A stretch of DNA of 42,975 nt, from positions 14,194,383 to 14,237,357 of the forward strand of contig NC_057718.1 of the NCBI RefSeq assembly GCF_004010195.1, in the 5' to 3' direction. The position numbers and the translations under genes were made by a program. This DNA comes from Chiloscyllium plagiosum (taxonomy: Eukaryota). The notes under the pieces were generated by a model, which was given only the letters and a program-made list of their open reading frames with translations, did no database searches and was not told the DNA's origin. Of this stretch, positions 1 to 12,699 are shown piece by piece. The stretch's first letter is position 1; every line of letters begins with the position of its first letter.

Positions 1-294
1 ACGTCGTATCTGTTCCTTGAAAAAGTTCCACATTTCCACGACATCCTTCCCTGACAGCCTATGCTCCCAACTTATGCTCCTCAGATCCTGTCGTACAGCA
101 TCGTATTTGCCCTTCCCCCAGTTGTAAAACCTACGCTGTTGCACGCACCTATATCTCTCCATAACCAAGGTGAAAGTCACAGAATTGTGGTCACCATCAC
201 CAAAATGTTCACCCACTAACAAGCCCATCACTTGTCCCGGTTCATTACCAAGAACCAAATCCAATATGGCCTCCCCTCTGGTCGGGCAATCTAC
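1..294 (-). mobile_element. CR1-type LINE fragment, C-terminal part of the APE endonuclease domain; continues off the window start
   Basis: Minus strand reads VDCPTRGEAILDLVLGNEPGQVMGLLVGEHFGDGDHNSVTFTL, the 'PTR..AILDLVL ... DH' signature of CR1 endonuclease. Confidence 0.85.
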
Positions 295-794
295 TTCTGT
301 CCCTATGTCTTATGAATCAAAGAGGAAAAGCCCGACCACTCAGGGGTCTGACAAACACCAGAGTGGACCTCTCATATTTAGCACATTTAACTGAAAACGT
401 GCATTTCGACATCTGGCTTTCCAGTGTGATTTTTATTGGTTCTGTCTGATCTCTGAGTAAGTACTTAAACTTCCAGCCTGTTCACTTCCGGATACTGCAA
501 CGGAACCGTTGATAATTTTAATTGCCTTTTTGAACTTCCAGCTGTCTCACTCATCCAGGTAAATTGGCTCCATTCGATATTGTGTGAGGATTAAAACAAG
601 AAACCCATTCTAGCCTGTGGCAGGAATAAGTTCATTGTCTGCCATTGGACTGCAAGCCCCTAAAAAAGAAAATGAATTTTTTTTCCCGGCAGGACAGTCA
701 ACATGCCTCACAGAAAGTTCTGATGGAGAGGATATTACGTGTTACCCAGTCTTTCTCCCTGGCTTGCTGTGCTCTACAATCACATTTCCATATT

Positions 795-813
795 TGTGTG
801 TGTGTGTGTGTGT
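795..813. repeat. (TG)n microsatellite
   Basis: Direct dinucleotide run. Confidence 0.9.
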
Positions 814-1064
814 GACAGCTCACCGCTATCGAATTCGCCACAACCCCAGCGTGAACGTCAGTTCTCCCTTATCTCATTCCTTTTGCACGGTACCTTTAAC
901 TAGGAAAAAGTATTAAGGCTCTTCACACTGATTCATTTGAGATGATGTTGGATCAAATGATGAGATGTGTGGTAAACAATGTAGGTTTGAGGAGCAGCTG
1001 GAGGGAAGTTGTGGTATTGAGGCCCAGGCAACTGAAGTCATGGCCACCAATTGTGGAGAAATGC

Positions 1065-1720
1065 ATTTTCTTAGGGCATTGCTGGCTAGGCCAGAATTTG
1101 TTGCCTGTCTCTAATTCTCCTTGAGAAGGTGGTGATGTTGAATTGCCACAGTCATTGAGACATGGATCCACCCACAGTGCTGTTAGGAAGGGAGCGATTA
1201 TCCTGTAAACCGTGCAGCCATTGGGAAGCTTTGGAGGCCACTGCCACACTCAAACATTGGGGGGATCCGTGTAGGACGAAGAGAAGTTAGAGGAAATGTT
1301 GAAATCACGTTCCAGAATTTTGACCCAGCAATGGTGGAGAAATGGCGATATAGTTCCAATTGGGGTCAAGATGGTGAATGTCTTGGTGGAGGACTTGCAG
1401 GAGATGGTGGTTCCATGTATCTTCTGCCTTTATTCATGTATGTGCAAGAGGCTATAGGTGTGGAAGGTGCTGTCAAAGGAATTTTGGTGAGTTAATGCAA
1501 TGCATCTTTTTGATAGTATGCACGACTGCCATTGCTTCCATGGTGATGGGAGTGAAATGCGATGGTGATGGAAGGAGTGCTTTTCAAGTGAGCTGCTTTG
1601 TCCTGGATGGTTTCACATTTCCATGTATAGTTAAAGCTGCACCCATCCAAGCAAGTGGAGAGCGTTCCAATACACTGCTGACTTGTGCCTTGTGGATTAT
1701 GATAGATGGTGGTGTCAATG
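1065..1720 (-). mobile_element. Non-LTR retrotransposon 3' fragment (clade uncertain)
   Basis: Minus strand encodes ETIQDKAAHL; same family recurs at 5200-5706, 9430-9880 and 26885-27355. Confidence 0.65.
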
Positions 1721-1797
1721 GTATGGCAAATGGGAGCCAAACTGACTGGATTGTAGCTCACTCAGACTAAAATCAGACTCAGATCATCAAGCACCTG

Positions 1798-2005
1798 CAA
1801 GTCACCATAGTCTTACCAGACCATAGGACTGCGCTCTCATTAGAAAGGGAAAACTGGTGCTGGTTAAACCTGAGGGGCACCATACCTCCGGCAAGGGGAG
1901 AGATTGAGACAGAGAATCCTTCATGGCAACTTTAGTTGGTGCAAAAATTGAACCCATAGTGTTGACCTCACTCTGCATTACAAACCAGGCCTCCTAGCCA
2001 CTGAC
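1798..2005 (-). mobile_element. Degenerate tRNA-derived SINE
   Basis: Minus strand has a tRNA-like head (TCAGTGGCTAG... GGGTTCAAT B-box-like) followed by a short body. Confidence 0.5.
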
Positions 2006-2834
2006 TCACTTTGGGCTTTCTGCCTGGTTACAAACCAGGCCCTTCTGTGTGCAAGTGTGACAATCACTACTCTACAGAATTAAGTGCTGCACCACCTGAA
2101 CAAGGACTTGAACCCAGGAACCTCTGATTCCTCATCCCAGCTTGCACCCTGACAATACATGTTAGAGAAAGTCTAATCGCTCATAACCTGAAGGACTTGA
2201 GATTCGTTTCTATTTCATTCGGCTGGAGGGCTACTGTTCCTTGTATACGAAGTGTAAGTATATCAGTGCCCATAAAAGGCCAGTGATTCTTGTTCCATTC
2301 TCAGATTGGTGTGGCTGAAGGGAGCAGCATCTTTGATGTTAATCTTAATCTCCATTTAATAAAATAAGATGTTGCCACTTTTCAAGGTGCAAGCTGCCTC
2401 TGCAGTATTGATTTTCATTCTTGCGTGTTAGCCTACAGCAGTGTTGAGGCAGTTTCTGATGTTTGCCCCCAATAAGTTGCTTTACCCAATATGACACTGT
2501 TCATCTTATCCTCTGCAATATAAGAAACTGGAAATGGTTATCACAGTATTGAAGTATCCAACATACACTTATTACAATTAACTGTTGTGTACAAACATTA
2601 CATGCCTCTAACACATAAGCATCTGGCTCAATGTAAGCTGTTAGGTTACAGCTGAGGAGTCTGCCTGCAGTAGAGTATCATGCTTCAAGTGATGCAAGAT
2701 AAGATTAGCTATACCAGTTAAATATTATGCCTGACAGCAGACTCCCAAGGCAAGTGTTCTACATGGAAACTAGTCACAGGCAGGATTCTTCCAAGTGGGA
2801 GCAGGGATGTCAAAGAATTCCCAAAACGCTCAAG

Positions 2835-3137
2835 CACTCCAGTCTCGGGAATCCTATCCTAGTTTGTAACCGACCAAAATGGAGATGTTTCATTTGAGAA
2901 GGCGGTGTACGCATGAGCAGAAACTGTGCCAAGGACATGCAGAGGTGAAGTCACGGTGTCAGACAAGGCACACTCGCCTTCAGAAATCTCACCTGCCGGA
3001 TCCTTCCTCGCACCATCTGCCCAGCGTGTGGCAGACCCTGCGGGACCAAATGTTGGAATTATCAGCCTTCTCAGAACCCACTGAGGCAGATGGTAGCAAC
3101 CCAACCTCAATCCCATGGGACTGTACAAAGGAGAAGA
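2835..3137 (+). mobile_element. RTE-clade LINE 3' end
   Basis: Reads DQPK/DRPKWR-like motif followed by C-terminal CPACGRPCGTK..IISLLRTH* (RTE-type Cys/His tail, frameshifted), then a short GAAGA-type tail. Confidence 0.65.
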
Positions 3138-3796
3138 TACCAGCCATAAAGCTCAGTACCAGCAATACAGAACTATAGCAGCCTGACCCCTGTATGGAGT
3201 CCATCATGGTGAGTTTGGTACACCCTATACTTCAGCCTGAGCTGCGTGACATGTTTGTGGATGACAGAACGTCCCAGTTCAGTCTGTGTGATATCAAACC
3301 GTACCACTTCTTGTGCCCTGTCACGGAGCTGTTTTATTATGTGGGCAGGCAGCAGGGGTCATACCAGCCGGCTGCCACACACAGCCAATCTTCATTTACT
3401 TCTGGCGGTTCTCACGTTGTAAGGCTATAGTGGGACTACAAACTGCAGAACAGAAAATGGATCAATCATATACAATATTAACTTAACACCAGCAGCAAGT
3501 TATTAAAGTTAATGTTTAATAACTGTGCAGCGATAATATAATATAAAGCCAGCGAGACAATTTAGCCGGAATCTATAGAACAGAAGTCCATTTTTAATAT
3601 TTTATAAGTGGGTCCCCAGAGTCAAACTATATTGCTTCCTATCCTGTGAATTTCATAAGGTACAATTCCCCGTGTAGCACTTTGATGGATATACTCTCGC
3701 CTGTGGTCAGAGTCAAATTTAACAAGAATACAGCTGGGCAAGAAGTGTGTCCTTAAGAATAGAACAGAGAAATGGGATTCTTCCTCAGCTTAAATA

Positions 3797-3957
3797 TTGG
3801 TGTGTGTTTTGTGTGTACGTGTCTGTGTGCGCTCGTGTATCTGCCTGTGTTGTGAGGTGTATATGTCTGTGAGATGTATGTATGTGTGTATACTCTTTTC
3901 GGACGTGTATGGTGTATAGGTGAGGTGTGTGATGTGTGAATTGTGTGCATGTGTGGG
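3797..3957. repeat. Degenerate TG-rich low-complexity tract
   Basis: Interrupted TG/TGTA repeats; explains the H/T-rich ORFs. Confidence 0.85.
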
Positions 3958-4379
3958 CAACATGGCAAATTTCATTATTTGTGTTGGATTGTGGGACTTC
4001 AGATCAGCTTTCACTATTAAGCTAGCCCTCAGTAAGGCACAAGAGCATAAATAGGTACTTCTTAAAATCCTTGGAATTTATTTTAAAAAACTAAGAAGCT
4101 GATCACTCTAATATAATGAATTAATGTTTCATAATGATTAATTTCATTGAATCATCGAATCACTACAGTGTGTAAGGAGGCCATTCAGCCTATCGAATTT
4201 TGATTACCTTAAATTGTCTTGCTCACTGTTGATGGTTTGTCATTTGTCCTGATAAATTTTCGGCTGAATTACATCAAGCTGCCAATCTTAAGTATGGCTA
4301 CCAACCACATACCCACAGTGTTGGTAGGACCACCAGAGTTGACCTCCATGTTACTACCCACTTTTTCCCTTGTCCCAGC

Positions 4380-4972
4380 TTATTATTCATGTCATCGTTA
4401 TCTGTAGACACAACTGTTCCAATGCATTCTGGGTTGGTCTCCCACACTCTACGCTCGGTAAACTTAATGCCACCCAAACCTCTGATTCTTGTGCCTTAAT
4501 TTCCAGAGAGTCCCATTTCCCTACCTCGCCTGTTGTTGTTGACCACATTGTCTCCTGGTCAAGAAACAGCTTGATTATAAAATGATTGTCCTTGCTTTCA
4601 AATGCAATTCTCTGGGACTCCCAGTTTCAGTAATCTCCTTCAGTCCCACAACCCTCCCAGATATCAGTGCTCCTCCAGTTCTGGCATTCCCTGCATTCCC
4701 AATCATCATTCTTCCACTATTGATGACCAATGTTTTCAGTTACTCAGACCCCAGTTGTTGGAGTTCCCTCCCTACACCTCTCTGCACCTCAACCTCAATC
4801 TCCTCCTTTAGGGCACTTCTTAAAATCCACTCTAACCAGACTTTTGGTCTTCTGACCAAACATCTGCCATGTGGTTTTCTGTCAAGCTTTGTTTGGATAA
4901 TCCTCCAATGAAGCATCTTGGAGGATGTCATGCTAGATTGGAGATTCTGTATAAATGCAAGTTGTTGTTGTT
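4380..4972 (+). mobile_element. L2-clade LINE 3' fragment
   Basis: CSNAFWVGLP..LGKL resembles the L2 'YCNxLLxGLP' region; ends TATAAATGCAAGTTGTTGTTG like other L2 tails in the window. Confidence 0.7.
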
Positions 4973-5199
4973 GAATCGTGCTCGAGCTGAAATTCGTTGA
5001 GTTGGTCTTGGTTCGGACAGTCTGGCCAGTGAATTCAACTTGACCAGCTGCAGGTTGGTGGTTAAAGACTGCTGCTCTCCCACCAGCCTGATCATCTGCT
5101 CTTAATTAGGCGTGTAAGCCTCAGATCCATCTGTTTGTGATTATAACCCAGTTTAGATGTGCACGGCATTTATCGAAGGTTTACTTCTTAATGTTCTAG

Positions 5200-5706
5200 G
5201 GATGTAGGCATCACTGAACTTGGTTAGCATTTATTTGTCCATCAGGGGGGTGAATGGTTTATTCCTGTTTCGGATTCTTATGGTGTTATAGTCTGGTTGC
5301 CCTGGAGAAGGTGATAAGCTGGCTTCTTGACGCATTGCAGTCCATGCAGTGTGTGTATACCACACTGATGTTAAGGGAGGGCATTCCAGGACTTTGACCC
5401 AGCAACAGTGAAGGAACGACAATATATTTCCAAGTCAGTACGGTGTGTGGCTTGGAGGGGATCTTGTGGGTGGTGGTACAGATGCTCTTGTCCTTCTCAG
5501 TGGTAGAGTCATGGATGTGGAAGATGCTGCTGAAGGAGATTTGGCAAGATGCTTATTGTATCTTGCAAGTGGCACACGAAGATGGTGCTGTAGGTGGTGA
5601 ATGGAGTGAATGTTGAAGGTGGTGGATATGGTACCAGTTAAGCAGTCTGCCTTGTCCTACATGATGTTGAGCTTCTTGAGTGTTGTCGGAGCTGCACTCA
5701 TCCAGG
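5200..5706 (-). mobile_element. Non-LTR retrotransposon 3' fragment (same family as 1065-1720)
   Basis: Minus strand WMSAAPTTLKKLNIM.DKADCL; shared 3' UTR. Confidence 0.7.
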
Positions 5707-6717
5707 CGATGAAACAACGGGGAAAGTTACTCAGGAAGCCCGAGAGATGAACACGCAGCTCTGAGAGAGTGTGGGCTTGCTGCCTGGGGGAAGGAGTTAG
5801 AATTTGGGATGTGGATAAACTGATTCAAGCAAAAGAACATGACGTTGAAATTGGAGTCACAGTTCATTCTTTCATTGCGTGAATTAACACAGAAGTGGTT
5901 GGGAAGTCTGTAGATATTTTCAATCTGAACTGTCAGGGTCTGTTGATACTGGACATCATTAGCCCTATGCAAAGAGATATAATGTGATTGTGGAGTGCTT
6001 TAAAGAGTCATTTTGTGCTGAACTGGGAAAGGTTAACAAGCTATCATTGTTAAGAATAGAGTGACGCTTGTCTTGTGTTATCTCGATGTGTGGGGCATCC
6101 ATCTGATACGGGATGTTCCAGTAGATGACGTGTCCAACAAAGATATTATTCTCAAGATTAAGAGGATGCAGGTAGAGCGAAGGTGTTGTGATCAAAATGC
6201 GTAGTTATGAAATTGTTATGCAGCGCATGAAAGAAAAACTGCCAGTAACTTTGTGACAGGTCTCTCTGTCTGAGAAATGTTAACATGGGAGCTCAGTTCA
6301 GTTAAGACCCTTGGGTCAGACTTTCACCCACTCAAAGACACACAGTCAAAAATCAGACCTATAGTTCCTCACCGGATGGCGGAATAAACCAAGAACATAA
6401 CTTTAAGCAAAATAGTTAGAGAGTTAGGTCAGCATTTATATATCTCCTTCTATCACTTCTGGATGTCTCCATGGGCTTCTCAGCCAATTAATTACTTTTC
6501 TGAAATGGGGGAATTTTAACCCATAAAAACAATTAGGTTTGAAGCTGTGAAGACTTTAAATTGCAGTTTGAACAAGAAGTAGGACTTGGGGGGCAGTTTT
6601 GCTGTTAATGATGTGTGAATGTTATAATGAAGCCCTTTGGTGTTTCAATCGTCCAGATTTGATCATGGCTGGGTGTTTTCCTCAATTCTGGGAAAGCCCA
6701 GCAGGTAAAAGGAGGTA

Positions 6718-7000
6718 ATGGGGTGGCTCAGTGGTTCGGATTGCTGCCTCACAGCACCAGGGACCTGGGTTTGACTCCACCCTGGGCCGACTGTGTGGAG
6801 TTTGCACGTTCTCCCTGTGTCTGCGTGGTTTTCCTCTGGCTGCTCCGGTTTCCTCCCACAGTCCAAAGACGTGCAGGTCAGGTGCACTAGCCATGGGAAA
6901 TGCAGAGTTACAGGGTAGGAGGGGTAGGTCTGGGTGGGATGCTCTTTGGTGTGGACATGATGGGCTGAATGGCCTGCTTCCACACTGTAGGGATTCTATG
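6718..7000 (+). mobile_element. HE1-type V-SINE (tRNA-derived)
   Basis: A box GGTGGCTCAGTGG, B-box-like GGGTTTGACTCC, V domain TGTGTGGAGTTTGCACGTTCTCCC...GGTTTCCTCCCACAGTCCAAAGA, CR1-like tail CCACACTGTAGGGATTCTATG. Confidence 0.9.
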
Positions 7001-7115
7001 TAAAAACTGCTCTGTGGGAGTGGTTGGTGCTCTTATGGCTCTACATTGATGGTGTACAATTAGCACAAGTGCTTCCTCCCAGCCTGCTCGGCAAGGCTGT
7101 TTTGGCTGTTTTTAG

Positions 7116-7322
7116 AAACAAGAATAGAAATTGCTGGGCAAAAAGCTCAGCAGGTCTGGCAGCAGCTGTGGAGAGAGAAAGCACATTCAACGTTTTGGGT
7201 CCAGTTCTGAGGAAGGGTCACTGGACCTGAAAAGCTAACTCCACTTTCTCAACATAGCTACTGCCAGACCTGTTGAGTTCTTTCCAGCAATTTCTTGTTT
7301 TGCCCAGCATCTGCAGTTCTTT
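7116..7322. mobile_element. Penelope-derived short insert (second family), inverted arrangement, degenerate hammerhead at 7203-7240
   Basis: Arms GAAATTGCTGG..CTCAGCAGGTCTGGCAGCAGCT / AGCTACTGCCAGACCTGTTGAG..CCAGCAATTTC; centre agttCTGAGGAagggtcactggacctGAAAagctaact. Confidence 0.7.
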
Positions 7323-7727
7323 AGAGATTTTTATTGCCCCCTTATAGCATGGCAGCTGCTTTCCAGGACTAAAGGATTCGTGAGGTCTTGCTGTCATAAA
7401 CCCAGAGGCTGTCTCCTTACCTGATCCCAGCCTGCGATCTCCTCCAAATGGTCTCTCACCCCTGTCTGCCCGGCCAGCCAAACCTGTCTAATCCGGTTAG
7501 TCTGCCAGCATTGAACCTTCTGGAAACAATGCACGTGGTGCCATCTTGGCGCTGCGTCGTGTGTCGAAGGCCTGAGCTCCAGGCCGAAACCGGTTCCTTG
7601 GACCTGCTCGGAAATTCCATCTCCTCACCTCCCACTGCTGTGTCTTTGATCTATTATACGAATCGCAATTAAGATGCAGCGAAAATAAAATAATGGGCCG
7701 ATTATTTACTGGCCAGGGCTGTGAGGA

Positions 7728-7844
7728 ATTCCTGATTAAGGGTTTTTGCCTGAAACGTTGATTCTCCTGCTCCTCGGATGCTGCCTGACCTGCTGCTCTT
7801 TTCCAGCACCACACTCTGGACTCTGATCTCCATCATCCTCACTT
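7728..7844 (+). mobile_element. Penelope terminal-repeat fragment with degenerate hammerhead
   Basis: Matches the 3' ends of the GIY-YIG-bearing copies (GATGCTGCCTGACCTGCTG..TTTTCCAGCA); imperfect TSD TGGCCAGGGCTGTGAGGA / TGGCCATGGACTGTGAGGA. Confidence 0.8.
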
Positions 7845-8204
7845 TGGCCATGGACTGTGAGGAGGACTATCCTGATCTTTTATGAAATAGTGGCATCCTA
7901 TTCTCATCTTCCGCGATGGGGACACCAGGCTAACTTTGATGTTCAGAGTAACATAGCCAAGAGTGTTGTCACTAAACCTCTTCAGAATAATGCTCTGGTG
8001 TGTTCTATATATGGGGAAAATCATATTTCAGCCAGTTCTGGATATGCTTGTGCTCAACACCCTGAGGAACTGTTCCAAGAGGAACTACTGCCTTTTCCAG
8101 TTAACATTTATCGCTGCTCCAACATTGGTGGTTGTACCTTCAGCTGTCTAGTCCCTACACTCTCCAAATCCCTCTCTAAATGTTTCCTCCATGAGGCCAA
8201 CTGT

Positions 8205-8672
8205 TGGATTGTCCGCATTGAGTCCAGAGAAGCTTCACTCGGTTGATCCCAGGATTGAGGTACTCTGTTGTGAAGAGAAATTGAATACTTTGGTCTTGTG
8301 CTAATTGAGAAGAACCCAAGGTGATCTTCTGAAACATAATGATTTTTAAAGGACTTGATCGGTAGATGTGAAAAGGTTGTTTTCCCTTATGGGAGAGTTG
8401 AGGACCTGAGGGCATTAACTCGGAATAACGGTCACCCATTTAAGACAGAGATGAGGAGGAATTTCTCATCTCTGAGGGACTGAAACTGTGGAATAAATAG
8501 CTGTTGAGGCCAGCTCATAAATATATTCAAGGCTGAGATAGACAGATCTGTAATCGGGGGATTGAGGGTTATGGGGAAAAGACAAGAAAGTTGAGCATTA
8601 TCAATAAACCGTGAATAACAGCAGACCTCACGGGTCAAATGGCCTACTTCTGCCCCTATGTCTTCCGGTCTA
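8205..8672 (+). mobile_element. Degenerate CR1 LINE 3' end
   Basis: GTCCAGAGAAGCTTCACTCGGTTGATCCCAGG (VQRxFTRLIPG), TTTAAGACAGAGATGAGGAGGAATTTC, CR1 3' UTR GGCCTACTTCTGCCCCTAT. Confidence 0.75.
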
Positions 8673-9429
8673 ATGGTTTGGCCAAGCTTTTCTGCTAATA
8701 TTCCCACAAGTGGTCACGCTGTTAAACTTTGTCAGATAGTGCTGTGAACAAGCTTTCTTACAGTATGGGCACTATATCAATATAAGCTACAGTTTTATGA
8801 TTGAGAGTCTTGAGGGTGCAAGCTAGGCAAAAGCGAAACTGTTTGAAGGACACTACCTACAGCCTGGTGGATGTGAAATGTAGCCGTCAAAGTGATGTGG
8901 AGACAATACTATATAAGTCAGTGGCTGAGAACAACATTAAGAGATTTAGAGAAAACAGATATATATGAGAACTTTCAGTGTCCAGTCAATTGGCATTGTG
9001 GGAATGTCATCCATTGAAGCAAGGGCTTATGATTGACAATGAGACTTAGGGTGTGGGGACATCCTGCTATCTGTGATCAGTTACCAGGCCAAACTGTAGG
9101 TGCAGAACACTTCACTGACATTGGCAGTTTGAGCTGTGTTATTTACATATTGTTAAATGGAGCTGGTGTGGGAAGCACTGGTTCTTAGGCCCTGGTTTAG
9201 CCAATTCAAATAGGGCTCTAGAGTCATGAGGAACAACGGAAACAAATTCTGCAAACTGTGTTACTTTGTAGGTGCAATGAGCTTGTTGCCATTGGTGAAA
9301 TACCTCATGTTTTTAGTTAATGTGATGTCTCTGGGAGGCCAGACTGTTGCCTCTTCCTGGAGGCTGACGGTATATGTGAAGGGTTCTGTGATTGAAGCTT
9401 CATCCGACAAAAATCAAGAATGACTTCAC

Positions 9430-9880
9430 ATACCTGGATAAGTGAAGCTCCAACAATACTTCAGAGCTTGACACCATCCAGGACGACAAAACTCGCTTGT
9501 TTGGCACCACATCCGTAAACATTCAGTCCCTTCATCTCCGATGTTCAGAAGTAGTGCATGCCATCTACAAAATGGGCTGCAACAGCTCCTTAGACGGCTC
9601 CTTCCAAACTCATGTTGCTACCATCTAGAAGGACAAGGGCAGCAGATACATGGGAACACCAACTTCCAAGTTCCCCTCCAAGCTGCTGACCAACCTGACT
9701 TGGAAATATGTCGCCAATCCTTCAGTGTCACTGGGTCAAAGTTCTGGAGCTCCCTCCCTAACAACGTAATCTCATTCCCATCTCAATCCAAAAAGGCAAC
9801 TCGTTGCCACCTTCCCAAGAGAAATTAGGGATGGGCAACACATCGCAGCCTAGCCAGCAATACCAATATCCAATCAATAA
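9430..9880 (+). mobile_element. Non-LTR retrotransposon 3' fragment (same family as 1065-1720)
   Basis: GCTCCAACAATACT..GCTTGACACCATCCAGGAC and shared 3' UTR GGGATGGGCAAC..GCCTAGCCAGC. Confidence 0.7.
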
Positions 9881-10614
9881 ATTAAAAACATCGGATACAT
9901 GGCACGGAAATAGGCCATTCACTCCAAAGATCCATGCCAGCTTTTGTGCTGTACTTGGGTTTCTCCTATTTTTCCTCATCTAAGTGACTCTCCATTCCCT
10001 GATGTATGTAGTTAGCTTTACTCAAATACATCTCAAAGATTTGCCTCAACTTTTGGTTTTATTGTATGTTTATAATCCCTTGAAACAAACTTAGTTAAAT
10101 TTAAACCATGCTTAAAGAAACCAGGCAGTTGTGATCCAAATTTTCTTCCCAAATTAAATCAAAACAATGGGCCCATATAATCTCAAAGTATATGTGACAG
10201 TGCTTTTTAACTTTATTATGGCTACAATTTCAGTAATTGGATATAAAGCTAAATAAAATTTCATCACCAGATCCTTAAGCGGACAGAGCTCTCATTCTTT
10301 CGGTGAGGGAGATTGGTTCCGGTCAGGAAACTACGTCTTACTCTGGCCCCAGAGGGGGATGTGGGCCCATGTTAAGAGAAGCCCAGAATAAAAACGTTTC
10401 TTACACATAATAACTTACACATGTAACTATCACTGCAGCCTGCTTCACACTTACAATGGGCACGTTATTTAATAAGATGTAATAGGAGAGGGGCTTTGGT
10501 CACATAACACCAGCCCCCTCAAGCTTGATGCTGTTATCGATAATAACTGAGAAGTAAGTTGATGATTTCAGAGACTAATCTTGAAATGGGATCCTTTGCT
10601 ACTTTCCTCTGTAG

Positions 10615-10860
10615 GTGTTGATTACCCATTCCTTCGGAATGCCTGGGTCCCAAGCTGTGGAATTCCCTCCCTACACCTCACCTCCTCTGAACCTCCCTCA
10701 CCTCCTTGAAAATGCACTCTTAAAATTACCTCTTCAGTCAACTGGCCTTCCATCAAACTATCTCTTGTGATTTGGTGTCAACCTTTGTTTGATCCAGTGA
10801 AGATCCCTGGGACTTGCATTATGTGTAAGTTGCTGTGTAAATGCAACTTGTTTTTGCTGT
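10615..10860 (+). mobile_element. L2 3' tail fragment
   Basis: GGAATTCCCTCCCTACACCTC ... TAAATGCAACTTGTT, parallel to 4750-4970 and 27390-27600. Confidence 0.6.
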
Positions 10861-11479
10861 ACTGAGGTTGGGGGAGTGGGAGGGTGAAGAGGTTTAAACT
10901 AAAGGAGGTTCGGGAGAGCCGTATAAAGTGCTGGTTCCGCAGAACTTGTGTACAGTTCTGCACATCACACTTTAGCAATGCTGTGAAGACTGTAGACAGT
11001 GATCCGAAGAGATTTGTGAGAACGGTTCCAAGAGTAGAAACCATCAGTTTTAAAAGAAAATTCTTTCATGGCATGTGGGAGTCACTGGCATTTGTTGCCT
11101 TTGCCTCATTGCCCTTAAACTGGCGGACTTGACATGAGAAAGTTAGAAAGCCAGAAAGGGATCAGTCCCTGTAATCCATTCACACATTATCACAGGACAT
11201 CGACATTCATTGGGCTTTGAAAATTCATAATTACCTATTTTAAACTAAGTAAAGACAATCGACCATGTGACTGATAAACATTTAGTTTAATCCCTAATTT
11301 AAAAAAACTGTCTTTGTGTATAGGGCAGAGATTTGTGAAGAGCTGTCGCCACAAGTAGACATATGGCTACTTCTGGTCACATTGAGAGTCTCTTGCTGGT
11401 TGTCCCATAATAAAGCTTTTGAGCAGAAAGTTGTGTCGTCCGGATTTGTAGAAAATAGACGTCTGCAGCCAGGCTTTTT

Positions 11480-11750
11480 CAGATGGAGTCTGGACTCACA
11501 TGCAGGCCAGACCGGGTAAGGATGGCTGATTTCCTTCCCTAAAGGGTGTTTGAACAAGGTGTATCTTTAGTTAAAAAGAAATGGTTGATCTATGGCACCA
11601 TTTGTAAACTCACTTCCAATTGCAAGTGTATTAATTGAATTTTAAATTCCACCAATTCCAGTTGCTATGGTAGGATTTAACTTCACATCCCCATGTGCTG
11701 TAGTCTGGGCTGCTGGATTATTAGCTCAATGACATTACCACTACAACCAC
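11480..11750 (-). mobile_element. Degenerate tRNA-derived SINE
   Basis: Minus-strand head GTGGTTGTAGTGGTAATGTCATTGAGCTAATAATCCAG; related copy at ~37880-38090. Confidence 0.55.
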
Positions 11751-11900
11751 TTAATCATCAAGCCAGTGAGCAGAGATTGAAGAAGCTGGGTTTGATGTTC
11801 TGACAGAAGGGAAAAGTGAGAGGAGATACTGCCTGACTTGCTGAGGATTTCCTGCATTTCCAGTTTTCATTGTAGATTTCCAGTATACACCTCGACATGT

Positions 11901-12689
11901 CTCCACGACTCCCTCGTCAGGTCCACACCCCCCACCAAACCAACCTCCACTCCCGGCACCTTCCCCTGCAACCGCAAGAAATGCAAAACTTGCGCCCACA
12001 CCTCCCCCCTCACTTCCCTCCAAGGCCCCAAGGGATCCTTCCATATCNNNNNNNNNNNNNNNNNNNNNNNNNNNNNNNNNNNNNNNNNNNNNNNNNNNNN
12101 NNNNNNNNNNNNNNNNNNNNNNNNNNNNNNNNNNNNNNNNNNNNNNNNNNNNNNNNNNNNNNNNNNNNNNNNNNNNNNNNNNNNNNNNNNNNNNNNNNNN
12201 NNNNNNNNNNNNNNNNNNNNNNNNNNNNNNNNNNNNNNNNNNNNNNNNNNNNNNNNNNNNNNNNNNNNNNNNNNNNNNNNNNNNNNNNNNNNNNNNNNNN
12301 NNNNNNNNNNNNNNNNNNNNNNNNNNNNNNNNNNNNNNNNNNNNNNNNNNNNNNNNNNNNNNNNNNNNNNNNNNNNNNNNNNNNNNNNNNNNNNNNNNNN
12401 NNNNNNNNNNNNNNNNNNNNNNNNNNNNNNNNNNNNNNNNNNNNNNNNNNNNNNNNNNNNNGCCTATCACCCTCACCTTAACCTCCTTCCACCTATCGCA
12501 TTCCCAACTCCCCTCCCCCAAGTCCCTCCTCCCTACCTTTTATCTTAGCCTGCTTGGCACACCCTCCTCATTCGGGCTTATGCCCGAAACATCGATTCTC
12601 CTGCTCCTTGGATGCTGCCTGACCTGCTGCGCTTTTCCAGCAACACATTTTTCAGCTCTGATCTCCAGCATCTGCAGTCCTCACTTTCT
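11901..12689 (+). mobile_element. 5'-truncated Penelope-like element spanning the N gap
   Basis: LHDSLVRS..PGTFPCNRKKCKTCAH..QGPKGSFHI is the Cys-rich linker before GIY-YIG; 3' part matches 20905-21109; 11-bp TSD CCTCGACATGT at 11890-11900 and 12690-12700. Confidence 0.9.
12048..12461. other. Assembly gap (414 N)
   Basis: Run of N inside the Penelope element. Confidence 1.
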
Positions 12690-12699
12690 CCTCGACATG

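Noticed and set aside
5720..6230. Possible ancient coding or LINE remnant
   Set aside because: No recognisable protein motif in the frames I could read
6718..6790. tRNA genes at SINE heads (also 16213, 23022 and others)
   Set aside because: A and B boxes are present but there is no full cloverleaf and each continues into a SINE body
10344..10362. CTCF-like site TGGCCCCAGAGGGGGATG (similar at ~15745-15760)
   Set aside because: Mismatches at key core positions; not supportable without a PWM scan or ChIP data
11751..12548. Three long ORFs
   Set aside because: Open only because of the N gap
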